Below, in pieces: positions 60,423 through 64,000 of a DNA stretch of 64,000 nucleotides; the stretch's first letter is position 1; the number at the start of each line of letters is the position of its first letter. The position numbers and the translations under genes are program-made. The stretch comes from Flaccisagitta enflata (Eukaryota), in contig OZ231126.1 of assembly GCA_965153355.1 (NCBI GenBank), positions 12,524,001-12,588,000 of the forward strand, given 5' to 3'. Below the pieces are notes generated by a model, which did not search any database, was not told the DNA's origin, and worked only from the letters and a program-made list of their open reading frames with translations.

Positions 60423-61189
60423 GTCTCACTTGGTTGGTCTGACAAGCGAAGCCGAACAAAAAATGACCTTGGCAAAGCCAAAGGCCAAAGTGGACTCAGT
60501 TATATTGGGGATGAGTTTTGTGGGGTGGTTTAAGCATGAGGAGGTTTATGAGTTTTGCTATCCATTCTGGGGTTTTGTGGGGTTGTTTAGGTTTAAGGAG
60601 GTTTTTTTCTGATGAAAATTTTTTGGGTGATTTTTTGGGGTGAATTAAGCCTAAAGTTTAAAAATTTATGGTATCCTTTTCAGGGTTTTATTGGGATAAG
60701 TTTTGTGGGGTGGTTTAAGTTAAAGGAGCTACATGGTATTCTTCTGATAATGGAATGCCTCTCTGGGATCTTGTCATTTTTCTTATCTTTTTTTTTTATT
60801 TCCGGGGTTGTTTAAGGTAAAATTTTGGGGATTGTTGTAGAAGGTATATGGAATCTCCTATATAGGTTTTTGAGAAAATGAAGTACTATTTTTTTTTTGG
60901 GGGGGGGGTAGGGAGGGGTTGTCTCAAGAATTTCAAGAAAAAAATTCAGGGGTTTGGCAATATTAGAGGCCTTCCGTGGGACTATTTGATTGTTCCGCTG
61001 TTTGAGATGGGTATTGAATGATTTTTTTCAGGAGCTTTGAATTGAGCGGTCTATAAAGTGGAAAAATTTCGTAGCTTGGGTAAAATAATTGAAATGATAG
61101 TATGAATTGGTCTTAAAATCCATTGCTTTGTTTCAATCCCATCTCAACAGAAATTTGTAACCCAAATCAACCCCACTCCCCCTTTTTGT

Positions 61190-61251
<62 letters not shown>

Positions 61252-62284
61252 AATGGGACATTGCCTCGTTGCCACTTGCCATTTCCATTTTGTGACCATT
61301 TTCGTGCTAACCAGACACTTTCACAAGAAAAGTGTTACTGCTGGTCAACATTGATGTCGTCGTCGTCATCGTCTTCACCACAGCAGTTTTTGTCGTCGTC
61401 GTCGTCGTCGTCGCCCTTTTCGTCGTCGTTTTTGCTGTCATCGTTTTTATTTTGCCCTCCTTTTTTACGTGACCATGAAACCTCCCCCAGGGTGTTGAGA
61501 GAGGGAAAGAGAGAGAAGAAGGGAGTAGATGGAGACGGGGGTTACAGCAGGTCACAAGATGAGAAGATATGGACAGAAAATCTGGCTAAAAATGGTCAAA
61601 ATTTAAATGAATGAGCTAATGAAAAGGGTTATTCCTGTAAAAAATGAATGAAGTTAAAATGGGATAAAGGAATAAAACGATAACAATGTATTGATGAAAA
61701 TGATAGAATGAAAAAATGGATGAATGGATGAATGAATGAATAAATAAATGATTGAATGAATGAATGAAAAAAGGAATGAAAGAAAAAAAGAATGAATGAG
61801 CGAATGAATTAATGAATAAATAAATGAATGAATAAATGTATGAATAAATGAATGAATGAATGTGAGATGAATGAATGAATGAATGAATGAATGTATGAAT
61901 GAATGAATGAATGAATGAATGAATGAATGAATGAACGGATGAATGATTATTGAATGAATATATAAATGAATGAATGAAATTAAGTATGGAAAAAAGAAGG
62001 AAAGAAAGAAAAAATAGACGAAAAAGATGAAAGAGAGAAAGAAGTATGGAAAAAGTATGGAAGAAGTATGGAAGAATGAAACAGAGTTCCAGAGAAGACA
62101 GGGAGGAACGAATGAGAAAGAGAGAGAGATGGGCGAGAGTCAGAGAGAGATCTCAAAGCAATTACTTCCCTTGCAAAAACAAATAGCAACAACTGGAAAC
62201 AAAGACTTTCACACTCAACCAGAGGGGGAACACCACTGGTCACAAGCTCAAAGCAAATTCCACACATGTCCATCTCTCTGGACA

Positions 62285-62378
<94 letters not shown>

Positions 62379-62405
62379 GTGTATCTGTGGCTATATATAT
62401 ATATA

Positions 62406-62477
<72 letters not shown>

Positions 62478-62959
62478 CTCTCCTCTTTTTAATCATGGAT
62501 TCGTGTCAGCCCTGTCTTACAAGGGTAGTGTATTAACGAAGGAAATGTTTTAACAGTTGATCAAGAATTCGACAGCAGAATTTCCGATGAATCCGATTAG
62601 AATGATATGAGTTTTCCTCCTCCCTCTATCTTTCAGCTCTTCTCCTTCTCTTTTCTCTTCTACTTTACGTTTCTTTCCTCCTTTTCCTCCTTTTCAAGTC
62701 AACCCCCCCCTCCCCCGCTTCCCCCCTCCCCACCCGTCATCCACATCACTTTAATCTTCTATTTCCCAATTTTCTTCAAAGCTTCGCTACCATCTTAACA
62801 TTTATATCACTTTCAATATTCCTCTCTTTTGTTTTTTTTAATTTTCTTCTCTTTCCCTTTTCTTTTTTCATCCCTTATCCAATCTTTTTTTTTCATCCTC
62901 TTTTTTTCGTCCGATATGTGTCTTTGTTCCTTTCAAAACTTTTTCTTTTTACTTTTACC

Positions 62960-63293
62960 TTTTACGGGCAGCCGGGGCTAATCCCAGCCTCGAGGCTCAA
63001 ATCCCAGTGGGGCTCTAATCCCAGCCTTGAGGCTCAAATCCCAGCATAGGCTCAAATCCTGTCTGGAGACTCAAATCCCCAGTCCAGCCTCAGGCTCAAA
63101 TCCCCGACCTGGCTCAATCCCTGGCTGAGGCTCAAATACCCAGGCTCAAATCTGGCTCAAATCCTTGCAGCAAGGCTCAAATTCCAGCCTCAAGCTTCAA
63201 AACTTACTAAGCACAGGACACCGGCCCTCTCACCGTCACACTCACACAGGGGCAACAGGTACCACTGACCATCTAACGCTTTTGCGACTATTT
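62960..63293 (+). mobile_element. HINE family B-related element with AGGCTCAAATCCC repeats
   Basis: The 3' end GGTACCACTGACCATCTAACGCTTTTGCGACTATT resembles the family B end at 6040-6078. Confidence 0.5.
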
Positions 63294-63771
63294 ACTTTTA
63301 CGGTCTTTCCTTTCCTCTTGCCTGCTCAATGTTCTCTAGATTTTTACTTTTGGATTTCTCCTGAATACTAATTTTTGATCTTATGTTTTTTTCTTAAAGA
63401 TTTTCCTTTAGCCTGCACATTTCGTTTATTTCTGTATTCTTCCTCCTAAAATGTCTTTTCTCCTAAATTACCGTACCCGTATCCGTATCCGTACCCTCTT
63501 ACTTTCTGCTCTCACCGATTCATATTTTTGCCTCAACCCCAGTCCCCACCTCAATCCGTCAGCTCAGTCCCCCTTCCAAAGTCTTTCCCTCCCCCCTTCG
63601 AAGTTTCCACTGTTCAATCTTCCCGATCCCTCTCCTCCTCCTCCTTCTCCTCCTCCTCCCCCTCCCTCCCGATCACTCAAAAACATTTTCACTCACTCCA
63701 TTTAATCCGTAATCCTTCATTCACGTGCCTTCGGGTCTCAAATCCTTTCAATTCCTCTGTCTGTCTGTCCA

Positions 63772-63876
<105 letters not shown>

Positions 63877-64000
63877 CTCCTGAATCCTTTACTCATTTCT
63901 CTACTCATGGGCATCCAACATTCTCTGCATTGCTGCTTGTTCATCCAACAGCAACACACACTCCTTCCTCCCTTCCTTAATCATCCCACTAATGCAATCT

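Overview
Repeat-rich eukaryotic (animal, probably invertebrate; inference) DNA with no recognisable host gene. The background is microsatellites, many short Helentron/DINE-1-like (HINE) elements, MITEs, a solitary LINE ORF1-like remnant and a 5'-truncated LINE. The main structure is a 24,090-bp DNA transposon (19110-43199). It has perfect 62-bp TIRs, a 6-bp TSD (CTTATA) and TGTTAA-rich subterminal arrays, and it sits inside a short HINE. It encodes a spliced P-superfamily-like DDE transposase (about 1113 aa, now broken by a HINE insertion) and two intact spliced accessory genes. Gene A (9 exons, 529 aa) has Tudor-like, lambda-repressor-type HTH and homeodomain-like regions. Gene B (2 exons, 703 aa) fuses GTSF1/Asterix-like zinc fingers to an apparently catalytically dead Mut-7/EXD3-like exonuclease domain. 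A frameshifted minus-strand remnant may be a fourth gene. The cargo suggests a transposon carrying small-RNA/piRNA-pathway mimics, possibly an anti-silencing kit. All domain calls come from motif recognition by eye and need HMM or structure confirmation.
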